A stretch of 64,000 nt of DNA. It comes from Acutalibacteraceae bacterium (GTDB lineage Bacteria; Bacillota_I; Bacilli_A; RFN20; CAG-449). The stretch is from the NCBI GenBank assembly GCA_963610315.1, contig CAVDMV010000001.1, positions 77,441-141,440 on the forward strand, given 5' to 3'. Position 1 is the stretch's first letter. Every line of letters begins with the position of its first letter. The notes under the pieces were generated by a model, which searched no databases, was not told where the DNA came from, and was given only the letters and a program-made list of their open reading frames with translations. The translations under genes were made by a program, and so were the position numbers. Below, one piece after another: positions 10,320 through 19,922 of this stretch.

Positions 10320-11186
10320 CTACTTATTGTTTGCTAATACTTGATATGTTAAAGAAGTTGAATCATAGATTACCTTAATTCCTTTAACGCTATATTCTTT
10401 GTTATTGAATGTATCAGTATAAGCAATTATTTTTTCATCGTTATAAAGATATTTACCATTAAGATCTTTTTCTAAATAAATCTTTAATGAATCTTCATTA
10501 ATAATTTTTGAAGCGATTGAGATACTATTTAAAGCATCAAAACTAACTTTTAATAATGTATTATCATCGATTGAATAATAGAAATCGTAATAATAATTAT
10601 CTGCATCATAACCGACGAACATCGTTTTATAAGCATTTGTTGATTTTCTAATATTAAGAATGATGTTACAAAGATGAACATAACGAGTTAAATTGAATTT
10701 ATCGTTAAGTGGTTTACTAACTAAGTCGAGTGATAAAGGTAAATATGAAGACATATAGTTTTTAATAAATTCATCTTGGTTATTTAGTAAAGTATCATCA
10801 ACTTTATTACCATTAGATAAATAATATTCATCATTATATTTAAACATTGGTGAAATCTCTTGAGCGAAAATATTTAATCCCATTGGAGTGACGCTTACTT
10901 TAACGCTACTTTCATCAATTAATGGATATTGTTTTAATGAACTACTAATTGCATCAGGAGAAATTAAATAAAGTGAATTAGATTTAGAAATTCCCGCAAT
11001 TGATAAATAATTTTCACTAGTTAAATAAATCATTCCATCAATAGTTGAATTATATACTTTAGAAATTGGTGTAACAAAATAAGCCACAATTAAAAGAGCG
11101 ATGATTCCAATAAGAGAAAGTTTAGTAATAAAAACCTTTTTTCTCTTCTTGGACCTATTTTGTAATTCATTTTCAAAATCACTCAT
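10320..11186 (-). CDS. ftsQ: DivIB/FtsQ-like division protein (basic N-terminus, one TM, extracellular POTRA-like region)
   Basis: 288 aa, KKRKKVFITKLSLIGIIALLIVAYFV membrane anchor, positioned directly upstream of ftsA. Confidence 0.6.
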   Translation of the reverse strand: MSDFENELQNRSKKRKKVFITKLSLIGIIALLIVAYFVTPISKVYNSTIDGMIYLTSENYLSIAGISKSNSLYLISPDAISSSLKQYPLIDESSVKVSVTPMGLNIFAQEISPMFKYNDEYYLSNGNKVDDTLLNNQDEFIKNYMSSYLPLSLDLVSKPLNDKFNLTRYVHLCNIILNIRKSTNAYKTMFVGYDADNYYYDFYYSIDDNTLLKVSFDALNSISIASKIINEDSLKIYLEKDLNGKYLYNDEKIIAYTDTFNNKEYSVKGIKVIYDSTSLTYQVLANNK

Positions 11187-11304
11187 AGTTACCCTCTTTT
11201 CTACACGATTTTTCTTCGTATTTATTATATAATAATAAATTTTGATTTTATTTTAAATAGAAAATGAGTTTTTAATGAATTAATAACATTAAATTTAAGC
11301 AAAT

Positions 11305-11332
11305 TAAAAGGTATCTAGATAGATACCTAATA
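11305..11332 (-). terminator. hairpin terminator downstream of mscS
   Basis: GGTATCTA-ga-TAGATACC palindrome at 11308-11329, followed on the minus strand by TTTTAATTTGCTT. Confidence 0.5.
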
Positions 11333-11336
11333 ACAA

Positions 11337-12203
11337 CTATTTATTTTTAATAGTAACATCAAGTTGATTGAATGGAATTTCGATGTTATTTTCATCAAGT
11401 GCTTTCTTAACTTGGTCAAGTAAATCGAAATTGACAGTCCAATAATCTTCATTTTTCATCCAAACTCTTAAGACGATAACAATTGAAGAATCTGCATATG
11501 ATTGAACTTTAACAAAAGGTTCAGGATTCTTTAATACAAGATCTTGTGATTTTGCTACTTCAGAAATAACTTTTAACGCTAAATTGACGTCAGAAGAATA
11601 ACTGATTGTATATTGTTGATCAAGACGTCTAATAGGTTTAATTGAGTAGTTAGTGATATTTCCTCCGCTTAAAGCTCCGTTAGGAATGTAAATTACTTTA
11701 TTATCTGGAGTCTTAATGTGAGTATAGATAAGATTAATTTCTTCAACAGTTCCACTCACACCTTGAGCTTCAATAAAATCACCTAGTCTAAATGGTCTAG
11801 TAACAATTAAGATTACCCAACCAGCAATATTAGATAAAGAGCCTTGTAAAGCTAAGCCTAAAGCGACTGCACAAGAAGAAATGATACTAGCGATACCTGT
11901 CATTTCAATACCGATAAATCCGAAGAAAACAATTAATGCAAGAGCTTTTAATACTTTTCTTGTCGCATTATAAACGGCGTTACAGACAATATCATCTTTG
12001 CCCTTTTTTCTTAAACGATTTCTTAAATTTTTCGCAAAAGTATTAATGAGAATGAAAACTACGATAAGTAAAAGAATACCGATGACTAATTTAATACCTG
12101 TAGTTAAACACCATGTCTTAATTGCATCCCAAATTCCTTCCCAAGAAAAACTTGATGTAGTTGTTTGAGTAGATGATGAAGCATCTTCTAAAAAATTAAG
12201 CAT
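11337..12203 (-). CDS. mscS: small-conductance mechanosensitive channel, MscS family
   Basis: 288 aa with an MscS core (ALGLALQGSLSNIAGWVILIVTRPFRLGDFIE...GTVEEINLIYTHIKTPDN). Confidence 0.85.
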   Translation of the reverse strand: MLNFLEDASSSTQTTTSSFSWEGIWDAIKTWCLTTGIKLVIGILLLIVVFILINTFAKNLRNRLRKKGKDDIVCNAVYNATRKVLKALALIVFFGFIGIEMTGIASIISSCAVALGLALQGSLSNIAGWVILIVTRPFRLGDFIEAQGVSGTVEEINLIYTHIKTPDNKVIYIPNGALSGGNITNYSIKPIRRLDQQYTISYSSDVNLALKVISEVAKSQDLVLKNPEPFVKVQSYADSSIVIVLRVWMKNEDYWTVNFDLLDQVKKALDENNIEIPFNQLDVTIKNK

Positions 12204-12254
12204 ATATCTCTCCTTTCAAGCTAAAAATTATACTACTAAAATGTATATTTTTAG

Positions 12255-13811
12255 TTAATTTTTATAATTTATTTCACTTATTTTTAACTGAATAGCATTA
12301 TTTCTATTAAAAGTATCTAAAACTAATTTGCCTTTTAAAATAGCACACTTATAAGTGTAGTTAGGTTGTAAGTTAAATCCAATAAAAGAGCAACAATTAT
12401 TTAAATTTCCGCGGATATGAATTCCTTTTAAAGATTTAACTAAATTAGAAGGACAACTAACGATAAAATTAGGTTCTTTATAGTCTTGTCCAAATGGTTT
12501 TAAAGTGTTTAAGAATAAATAATTTTCATACGTTAATTCATCTGAATTAACTTCAATATTTATCTCTTTTTGAGGAGTTAGAATTCTTCCTCTTGCAAGA
12601 TGATTAATCTCTTCTTTAAAGATAGAAAAATCTTCTTTTTTAATGCTTAATCCTCCAGATAAAGCGTGTCCTCCACTTGAAAGAAGATATTTACTTAATT
12701 TAGTAAATACTTCATTTAAAGGTAAACCTTCTAATGATCTAGCCGAGCCTTTTAAAATTCCATCTTCACCATCAGTAAAGCAAATGGTTGGAACTTTCTT
12801 TTCAAGCATTATTTTATTAGCGATAATTCCAATTAAACCTTCTTTAATATGAGGAATATAGATGCAATAAACTGCATCTAATTCGTATTCATCTAAAGAT
12901 AAAGAAGAAATTATTTCGGATGTCATTTTTTTCCTTAAAAGATTATTTTCAGTTATAAACCTATTTATTGAAGAAATTTCAAATTCATTTTCAGAACTTA
13001 AAAATTTTACTCCATCATTAACTTTAACGCTTTCAACCATTCTTCCTAAAGAATTTATTTTTGGAGCAAGAATAAACGAAATATCATTTTCATCAACTAA
13101 AGCTTTTCCATCGAGTAAATATTTAATTTGAGGATAGGCATTTATTTTCATTGTCTCTATTCCTAATCGCACAATGATACGATTATATGATTTTAAAGTC
13201 ATCATATCAGATATAGTTCCAATTGAAGATAAAGAAAGTAAATATGGATCAACATAACCTAAAACTAATCTCGATACATTAAAACAAACATATGCCGCGC
13301 ATTGAGGTAAGATCGATCCATCAATTTTTAAAAACGGATGAACAATCGCGTAAGCATTAGGTAAAACTTCTCCTAATTCATGATGATCAAAAATTAAGAC
13401 ATCAATTCCATGATCATTTAAATAATCTACTTCAGAATTTAAAGAAATCCCATTATCAACTAAAATTACTAATTTATATCCTCGAGCGATGATCATATCA
13501 GCCATTTTTAAATTTAAGCCATAGCCATCTTTATATCTAGAAGGAATGTAATAACCTACTTGATAATTTAGTATTTTAAACATCTTGTAGATAATCGAAG
13601 TAGAAGTAAATCCATCACAATCATAATCGCCATATATCATTGTTTTTTCATTATTTTTAATCGCTCTTTTAATTCTTTCAACTGCTTTTTCGATATTTAA
13701 GAATCTTAAAGGATCTTCTAAATCATTATAAGTTAACGTCTTAGTTAATTCGTTATAATCATTAAGAGATAAAGAATAAGCTTCTAGTAATTTATTTTGA
13801 AAAGAGTTCAT
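12255..13811 (-). CDS. recJ: single-stranded-DNA-specific exonuclease RecJ (DHH/DHHA1), short form
   Basis: DHH motifs (IYGDYDCDGFTS, VLIFDHHE) and DHHA1 (SGGHALSGG). The conserved neighbourhood secDF-recJ...apt-relA supports the call. Confidence 0.75.
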   Translation of the reverse strand: MNSFQNKLLEAYSLSLNDYNELTKTLTYNDLEDPLRFLNIEKAVERIKRAIKNNEKTMIYGDYDCDGFTSTSIIYKMFKILNYQVGYYIPSRYKDGYGLNLKMADMIIARGYKLVILVDNGISLNSEVDYLNDHGIDVLIFDHHELGEVLPNAYAIVHPFLKIDGSILPQCAAYVCFNVSRLVLGYVDPYLLSLSSIGTISDMMTLKSYNRIIVRLGIETMKINAYPQIKYLLDGKALVDENDISFILAPKINSLGRMVESVKVNDGVKFLSSENEFEISSINRFITENNLLRKKMTSEIISSLSLDEYELDAVYCIYIPHIKEGLIGIIANKIMLEKKVPTICFTDGEDGILKGSARSLEGLPLNEVFTKLSKYLLSSGGHALSGGLSIKKEDFSIFKEEINHLARGRILTPQKEINIEVNSDELTYENYLFLNTLKPFGQDYKEPNFIVSCPSNLVKSLKGIHIRGNLNNCCSFIGFNLQPNYTYKCAILKGKLVLDTFNRNNAIQLKISEINYKN

Positions 13812-13853
13812 ATTTCCTCCCTAAATTAAAAGGCTACAGAAGTAGCCTTTAGA

Positions 13854-16445
13854 TTAATCATTAATTCCAGGAATGATTGCTTCACGAGCTTCAGAACCAG
13901 GATTTTTATTTTTAAGTTTTGCTTCTTCCATCTTCTTTTTATTAATCTTTTCTCTATTGATTGAGAATGAGAAATGAATATGTTTAAAGAAGAATAATTG
14001 GCAAGGAAGAGCAAGAATGATTGTTGCAATATAACCAACTAATATTGTAATCGCCATCGCTCCATATGTTGAGAATACACTTGAAGTTAATGGTGAAGCG
14101 AATGCTACAACGAAAGTAGAAACTAAGGCAAATAAAGTAATTACGCTGATAATTCTAGTTTCAGAAGCTAATACATCATTCGCGATAATCGCTCTTTGTT
14201 CATAAGTACCAACTTTAATTTTATTTTCTCTTAATAAGACTTTATTTCTTTCATAGAGAGGAATTTGAATAATCATAACAACGATTAAGCCTGCTGCAAT
14301 ACCAGTTAATGATAAAGCAGACATACCAATTCTACTTGCTACGTAGAAAGAAATAGCGACTAATGAAGTTGGGATTAATGTAACTAATGTAGATAAACCA
14401 TATGTAATACCGTATCTAATTAATACGAATACAACTGATAAGCCTGCAAATAATGAAACAACAATAATCGCAGAAGTAGTTAAGTAATTAACACTTGAAG
14501 AAGTAACTTCGACAATTGCAGCTGTTACTTGATAATCTGCGGAAGAATAATTTGTATTTTCTTGAATAGTAGAAATTAAATTTGAATCATTGATTTGATC
14601 AATTTCTGAAGCAGTTAATGTTGTATTAAATGCGACAGATACATAAGCGACGTCATGTTTTTGAACTGTTGTATAATCTTCTGCTTCTGGTAAAACATCT
14701 TCAACAACTTTAATATCAATTGTATAAATCTTATTCGCGATACTTGGATATTTATTATCAAAGAAAGATTGTACATCTTCAGATTTTTCAAACATATAGT
14801 GTCCGCTTGAATTATCAACATAAGAAGACATTTCAATACGAGTATAAGTCTCTGAATCAGAAGAAACATTAAAGACATTAGTTGAAGGAATAATAATAAA
14901 TACTGCAATTAAGATAACACATAAACCAGAAATAACAGTTGCGACAATTGAATTTCTCTTTAAGTTCTTAACTGGATCAACTTTAGAAATAACTTTAGTT
15001 GTTTTTTCATCTAAAATACTTACTTTATTAGCCTTTACTCCAAAGATAGAAAGTTTTTCACTAGCTACCTTATTATGAGTTAACCAATACATTTCAAATA
15101 AAGTATATAAACGATTAACAATTAAACTGACACATGTACCAATTAATAATACTGCAGGGAATAATTTAGTTTGAGAAGAAACTGCATTAACCGCGATAAT
15201 TGTAATAAATAAACCTAAGACTGTAACATCAATTAAGTTAACTAAAGTAGATTTAGTTGCTTGTTGATTAGCTTTAATTGCAGTCTTAGCATTTTGTAAT
15301 TCACTCTTAAATTTAGTTAAATAAACAATGGCATAAGAGGTATTCATAATTAATGAAGCTAAGAAACCTAAGCTAACCATTGTTGTAAATGTATAACCAA
15401 AGAAATTAAATAAAATTAATTGGATGAATAAACTTAGTAAGATAGAAGTAAATGCTCCTAAACCTGCAAGTCTAAATCTTGCTACTAAATAGATTAATGC
15501 AACTAATGAACCACCGATAATACCATAGATAATAATATTTGTATAAGCATTACCTTCACTTGCTTCAATTCTTTGAGTATAAAGTCTTTTCATTGAATAA
15601 GTTGATGAACCATAGTTAATAATTCTTTCAACAGTATGAGCGGATTCAGCAACCATTTCTGTTTGAGTATAGTCATAAGCAGAAATTTTAAATGAAGCAT
15701 CTTGGTAATCACCATTCGCGTCTTCTGTATAAGTAAAGTTATCAGTAGGAACTAAAGCTAAGATTTTATCTCTAATTTCTTCTTGTCTTAAAGTTTCAGT
15801 ATCTTGATAAGCTTCAACATAAGAATCATTTTCAGTTTTATCAAGCCATAAGACCATAACACCAGTAATGTTGTTATTATCTTCACTTCCTGAATTATAT
15901 TTTTCCATGAACTTTTTATAAGCATCATTACATGTATCAACGAATTTCTTAAATTCTTTTGCATCCTTTAATTCGACTGAAACATAAGGAGTTGATGAAT
16001 TCCATTCAACGCTTGCGCTACCAATGACGAATGGTTCTTCCATTTCTAATGAATAATCAGCATCGTTAGAAAGTAAAGTTGAAACTGTAATTTTACCTGT
16101 AGCTTCAACTGATCTAAGAACATAGTCTAAATCAGTTTCTGTTTGAGCGTTCATCTTGATACGGATGAAGTTTTCATCTCCATCGCTAGATTTTTCAACC
16201 GCAACACTTGCGTTTTCAACTCCAGCATCTTCAATTCTACTAACAACAGTGTTACCAATGTCATTAATGTTGTTGTTATCAGAACCTAAGTCAACTTTAT
16301 ATAAAGTTTCATAGCCACCTTCATATTCAAGGCCTGAATTAATTTTTTCTCTTTGTGGGTTAAATCCACAAACAATGATCAATAATGTAGATATTATCAA
16401 TAATAAGAATCCATAGAATCGACGCATTTTCTTCCTCCTAAACAA
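13854..16445 (-). CDS. secDF: protein translocase subunit SecDF (fused SecD-SecF)
   Basis: 863 aa. An N-terminal TM is followed by a large periplasmic-type domain and then two RND-like six-helix bundles. Confidence 0.9.
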   Translation of the reverse strand: MFRRKKMRRFYGFLLLIISTLLIIVCGFNPQREKINSGLEYEGGYETLYKVDLGSDNNNINDIGNTVVSRIEDAGVENASVAVEKSSDGDENFIRIKMNAQTETDLDYVLRSVEATGKITVSTLLSNDADYSLEMEEPFVIGSASVEWNSSTPYVSVELKDAKEFKKFVDTCNDAYKKFMEKYNSGSEDNNNITGVMVLWLDKTENDSYVEAYQDTETLRQEEIRDKILALVPTDNFTYTEDANGDYQDASFKISAYDYTQTEMVAESAHTVERIINYGSSTYSMKRLYTQRIEASEGNAYTNIIIYGIIGGSLVALIYLVARFRLAGLGAFTSILLSLFIQLILFNFFGYTFTTMVSLGFLASLIMNTSYAIVYLTKFKSELQNAKTAIKANQQATKSTLVNLIDVTVLGLFITIIAVNAVSSQTKLFPAVLLIGTCVSLIVNRLYTLFEMYWLTHNKVASEKLSIFGVKANKVSILDEKTTKVISKVDPVKNLKRNSIVATVISGLCVILIAVFIIIPSTNVFNVSSDSETYTRIEMSSYVDNSSGHYMFEKSEDVQSFFDNKYPSIANKIYTIDIKVVEDVLPEAEDYTTVQKHDVAYVSVAFNTTLTASEIDQINDSNLISTIQENTNYSSADYQVTAAIVEVTSSSVNYLTTSAIIVVSLFAGLSVVFVLIRYGITYGLSTLVTLIPTSLVAISFYVASRIGMSALSLTGIAAGLIVVMIIQIPLYERNKVLLRENKIKVGTYEQRAIIANDVLASETRIISVITLFALVSTFVVAFASPLTSSVFSTYGAMAITILVGYIATIILALPCQLFFFKHIHFSFSINREKINKKKMEEAKLKNKNPGSEAREAIIPGIND

Positions 16446-16627
16446 ATTTCATTTTTAAAATGAGATTTTTGATATTTGACTTATTTATATTCATAAATAA
16501 ATCACTTATTTATTTCAATAAATCGCTTAATAGTATACTATTTATATTTATTATTTTCAATAATAAGGGATTAAAAATAGTTTATTTTCATAACAAAACT
16601 CGATACTACCTTAAACATAACTTAAAA

Positions 16628-16660
16628 GTAAAAAGAAGGGTTAAAATTTCCCTTCTATTC
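16628..16660 (-). terminator. rho-independent terminator after ruvB
   Basis: GAAGGG-ttaaaattt-CCCTTC hairpin. The minus-strand reading continues TTTTTACTTTT. Confidence 0.55.
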
Positions 16661-17659
16661 TTTTGTAAATAAATCGATATTGAAATGTTTATAAGCTAGT
16701 TCAGTGGCTACTCTTCCACGAGGAGTTTTATTAATTAAACCTAGTTTTAGTAAGTAAGGTTCATACACTTCTTCTAAATTATTAACTTCTTCACCGATTG
16801 TTGAAGCTAATGTTTCTAGTCCGACTGGACCACCGTTAAAACGCTTAATTAAAGTCTTAATGTAACGTGAATCAATATCATCAAGACCTAGAGCATCAAT
16901 TTTTAAAAAGCCTAACGCTTCTTTAGTTAGTTCTAAAGAAATAGTCTCTTCATCTTTATAAGAAGCAAAATCTCTTACTCGACGATATATTCTATTCGCG
17001 ATACGTGGAGTACCTCTACTTCTAAGAGCGATTTCTTTAGCCCCTTCATCACAAATTGGTGTTTTAAAAACCTGTGATGTTCTTTTAACAATCGAAGTTA
17101 ATTCTTCAGTCGTATAATAATTTAATCTAGAAGTAATACCAAAACGATCTCTTAAAGGTGAAGATAAATCACCAGGTTTAGTCGTCGCACCAAATAAAGT
17201 AAATGGAGCGATATCGATTGAGATGTTTCTTGCTTCATCATCTTTACCAATCATTAAAGTTAAAGTAAAATCTTCCATCGCACCATAAAGAATTTCTTCT
17301 ACTACACGAGGAATACGATGAATTTCATCGATAAAGAGAATATCACCAGGTTCAATAGTTGATAAAATTGCCGCTAAATCGCCAGGTTTTTCAATACTAG
17401 GGCCATTAACTAAACGAATATTAGTTCCCATTTCATGCGAAACTACATATGCTAAAGTTGTTTTACCTAGACCTGGAGGACCATAAACTAAAACATGATC
17501 AAGAACTTCATTTCTCTTTTTAGCCGCGGCAATAAAAACGCTTAAATTACGTTTCATTTCCTCTTGACCAATATAGTCATCAAAAGTTAATGGACGAAGT
17601 GATTTTTCTTCTTCCATTTCTTTACTATCTTTTTTATTTGGATCTAACATTCTTGCCAT
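16655..17659 (-). CDS. ruvB: Holliday junction branch migration ATPase RuvB
   Basis: AAA+ Walker [12 protein letters not shown] and the RuvB C-terminal winged helix; 334 aa. Confidence 0.95.
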   Translation of the reverse strand: MARMLDPNKKDSKEMEEEKSLRPLTFDDYIGQEEMKRNLSVFIAAAKKRNEVLDHVLVYGPPGLGKTTLAYVVSHEMGTNIRLVNGPSIEKPGDLAAILSTIEPGDILFIDEIHRIPRVVEEILYGAMEDFTLTLMIGKDDEARNISIDIAPFTLFGATTKPGDLSSPLRDRFGITSRLNYYTTEELTSIVKRTSQVFKTPICDEGAKEIALRSRGTPRIANRIYRRVRDFASYKDEETISLELTKEALGFLKIDALGLDDIDSRYIKTLIKRFNGGPVGLETLASTIGEEVNNLEEVYEPYLLKLGLINKTPRGRVATELAYKHFNIDLFTKE

Positions 17660-17660
17660 A

Positions 17661-18239
17661 TTATTTCCTCATCATTCTTAATACACTTGTGATATATTCT
17701 TCAGTAGATAAAGTTTCATCATCAACTAAATTAAGACATTTCTCTATTTCTTTTTGTTTAAAGCCTAAATTCTTTAAGCCGATTATCGCATCATCTTTGT
17801 TTCTATTACGAACAACGTTCTTTTGTTCAACTTTATTAACGCTAAAATTAGTTAAGCTACCTTTTAAATCAAGAATGATTTGTGAAGCTGCTTTTTGGCC
17901 AATCCCATCTAATTTCTTTAAACGCGAAACATCTTCATTTTCAATCGCAGAAATAAAATCATTAATCGAAATTCCTCTTAATGCACTTAAAGCAGTTTTT
18001 GGTCCCACTCCTTTACAAGAGATGAGCTTATTAAATAAATCTTTTTCTTCAAGTGATTTAAAACCGACAAAGAATTCTTCATCTTCTCTAAGAATATGTA
18101 CAATATAAATTATTAATTCATCATTAATTTCAAATGAAGAAGAATCAATTACAAGAACTTCATAACCAATTCCATTTACATCAATAACGATCGAAGTATC
18201 AAATACGCAGACAATTCTCCCTTTTAAATAGTAATACAT
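17661..18239 (-). CDS. ruvA: Holliday junction DNA helicase RuvA
   Basis: 192 aa with an [10 protein letters not shown] start and HhH motifs ([12 protein letters not shown]). Confidence 0.9.
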   Translation of the reverse strand: MYYYLKGRIVCVFDTSIVIDVNGIGYEVLVIDSSSFEINDELIIYIVHILREDEEFFVGFKSLEEKDLFNKLISCKGVGPKTALSALRGISINDFISAIENEDVSRLKKLDGIGQKAASQIILDLKGSLTNFSVNKVEQKNVVRNRNKDDAIIGLKNLGFKQKEIEKCLNLVDDETLSTEEYITSVLRMMRK

Positions 18240-18339
18240 ATTAGATTTTTTCTAGCAAGATTAAACCTAAAAAAGTTAATAAGCATAAAAATGCTGAAAT
18301 TAAGCCAATATAGATACTTTTAAGTTGTTTTTCTTGCAT
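18199..18339 (-). CDS. 46-codon upstream ORF with a strong Shine-Dalgarno that overlaps the ruvA start (speculative)
   Basis: AAGGAGAAG lies 5 nt upstream of the ATG at 18339. Translation is [46 protein letters not shown], and the ORF overlaps ruvA by 41 nt in another frame. ruvA itself has no SD. Confidence 0.25.
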
Positions 18340-18353
18340 AGCTTCTCCTTTCC

Positions 18354-19907
18354 CTATTTAGCATAAATACCAATAGTTGCTTTGTTATTTTCAATTGATT
18401 TAATTCGAATAGTATATTTTAAAGAATTACCATCATTAAATTTAAATTCACTTAATGAAGTAGTTCTAATAAAAGCATCGCTATTATAACTAAATGTAGA
18501 AGTTAAAACTGTTGTAGGATTCTTCTTTGAAACAACATTAATTAAATTGTTGTTCTTATTTAACATAACGCCGGTATTTGAATGAGCGATAGTTACATAT
18601 TTTGAATCTGGTATGTCACTAGGATATTCATGAATATACTTAAATGTTTTTAATTTAGTATCAACTAAACCTAAACGTGCATCGACATGATAAATTTTAA
18701 CAAATGATTTATCGATTAATTGATAAGAACCGTATTTATGTTGAACATCAAATTCATTTAATCCAGTTGGAGTATATAATTCAAGTAATAAATATTCATC
18801 AAATGGTGAATAAGAATAATCTAAACTTGATGAAGGAATAAGTAATGCGCTACCTCCATCTTCTAAAGAAGTAATTTCATAATCACCTTCAGAAGAAACT
18901 AAAGTAGGAGTTAACCAATTTAATTCATATTTAGAAAAAGCATTTTGATCACCAATATTTTGATCCATCATATCTAACTTACCAACTGGAGTAGTTGAAG
19001 AAGATGAATAATAATCAGATAAGCCTAATAAATGACCAAATTCATGAATAAAAATATGTCCATCAACTAGTAAGTTATTATTTTCATCTTTATATCCACC
19101 ATTCTTAAGATAATTATAGCTTAACCAAGTATAACTTGGGCAAGTTGGATTATCGATATTTGCTTCTTCTACATTAGTGACTGTATAAGCAAAAAGTGTC
19201 GTTAATAAATTATCCTTCATATTTGGAGTTAAAGTAGTATTATAGTAACTTTCATAATAAGAAATACAATCATTACCACTTCCATATGATTCATAATCGT
19301 TATTAGGGAAAACGATAGCTAATCCATCATAATATCCATCTTTATCAGAATCATAATTCTTCATTAAATCTGGATATTCTACTTTTAACCATGAAATAAC
19401 TTTATCTTTTAAATAAGTGATAGGATCACTATGAGAAGCAGTTTGAACATGTTCTAAAAGTGTAGTTCCAAGTGAACAATAATTAGTTACTGTTCCTTTT
19501 AAGCTAAATTTACCATAGCTTGATTTATGATAATAACTTGCTACACTTTCGTATCCAGTTGGATGAAGCGAATTAGGAGTATTAACGCTATCACCAAAGA
19601 AGACATTATAAATATCTTCCTTTGATTGTTCTTCATTAATACCTAATATTTCTGGAGTAAAATCAGTAAAATATACTGGAACTACAATTAATTCATTTTC
19701 GCCTTGTGAAGGAAATAAATGTTGATTTAATCCTGTTTTTATTTGCTCTAAAGTAATCTTTTGAAAATTATCTTTTTTTGTTTCACTTGAACTAGATTCG
19801 TTACTAGAAGAATCACTACTAGTTACACTTGAAGAAGACACCCCGTTACAAGAAAATAAAGTAATAGTAGCAAGTGTAACTAAAGCGTATGATAATATTT
19901 TTTTCAT
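18354..19907 (-). CDS. secreted lipoprotein, putative zinc metallopeptidase (HExxHxxGxxD, M6/InhA-like)
   Basis: Lipobox LFSC followed by a Ser-rich linker (SSSSVTSSDSSSNESSSSE). The zinc-binding motif HEFGHLLGLSDYY is present; 517 aa. Confidence 0.6.
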   Translation of the reverse strand: MKKILSYALVTLATITLFSCNGVSSSSVTSSDSSSNESSSSETKKDNFQKITLEQIKTGLNQHLFPSQGENELIVVPVYFTDFTPEILGINEEQSKEDIYNVFFGDSVNTPNSLHPTGYESVASYYHKSSYGKFSLKGTVTNYCSLGTTLLEHVQTASHSDPITYLKDKVISWLKVEYPDLMKNYDSDKDGYYDGLAIVFPNNDYESYGSGNDCISYYESYYNTTLTPNMKDNLLTTLFAYTVTNVEEANIDNPTCPSYTWLSYNYLKNGGYKDENNNLLVDGHIFIHEFGHLLGLSDYYSSSSTTPVGKLDMMDQNIGDQNAFSKYELNWLTPTLVSSEGDYEITSLEDGGSALLIPSSSLDYSYSPFDEYLLLELYTPTGLNEFDVQHKYGSYQLIDKSFVKIYHVDARLGLVDTKLKTFKYIHEYPSDIPDSKYVTIAHSNTGVMLNKNNNLINVVSKKNPTTVLTSTFSYNSDAFIRTTSLSEFKFNDGNSLKYTIRIKSIENNKATIGIYAK

Positions 19908-19922
19908 TTATAAAATAGCCTC

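Noticed and set aside
16460-16672. 70-aa plus-strand ORF in the ruvB-secDF spacer
   Set aside because: Low-complexity, AT-driven (FLIFDLFIFINK...). It is not in the transcribed direction of the flanking operon, has no SD, and overlaps the ruvB terminator.
17590-18108. 172-aa plus-strand ORF antisense to ruvA/ruvB
   Set aside because: It is fully embedded antisense in two well-supported genes, shows the compositional bias of antisense frames, and has no motifs.
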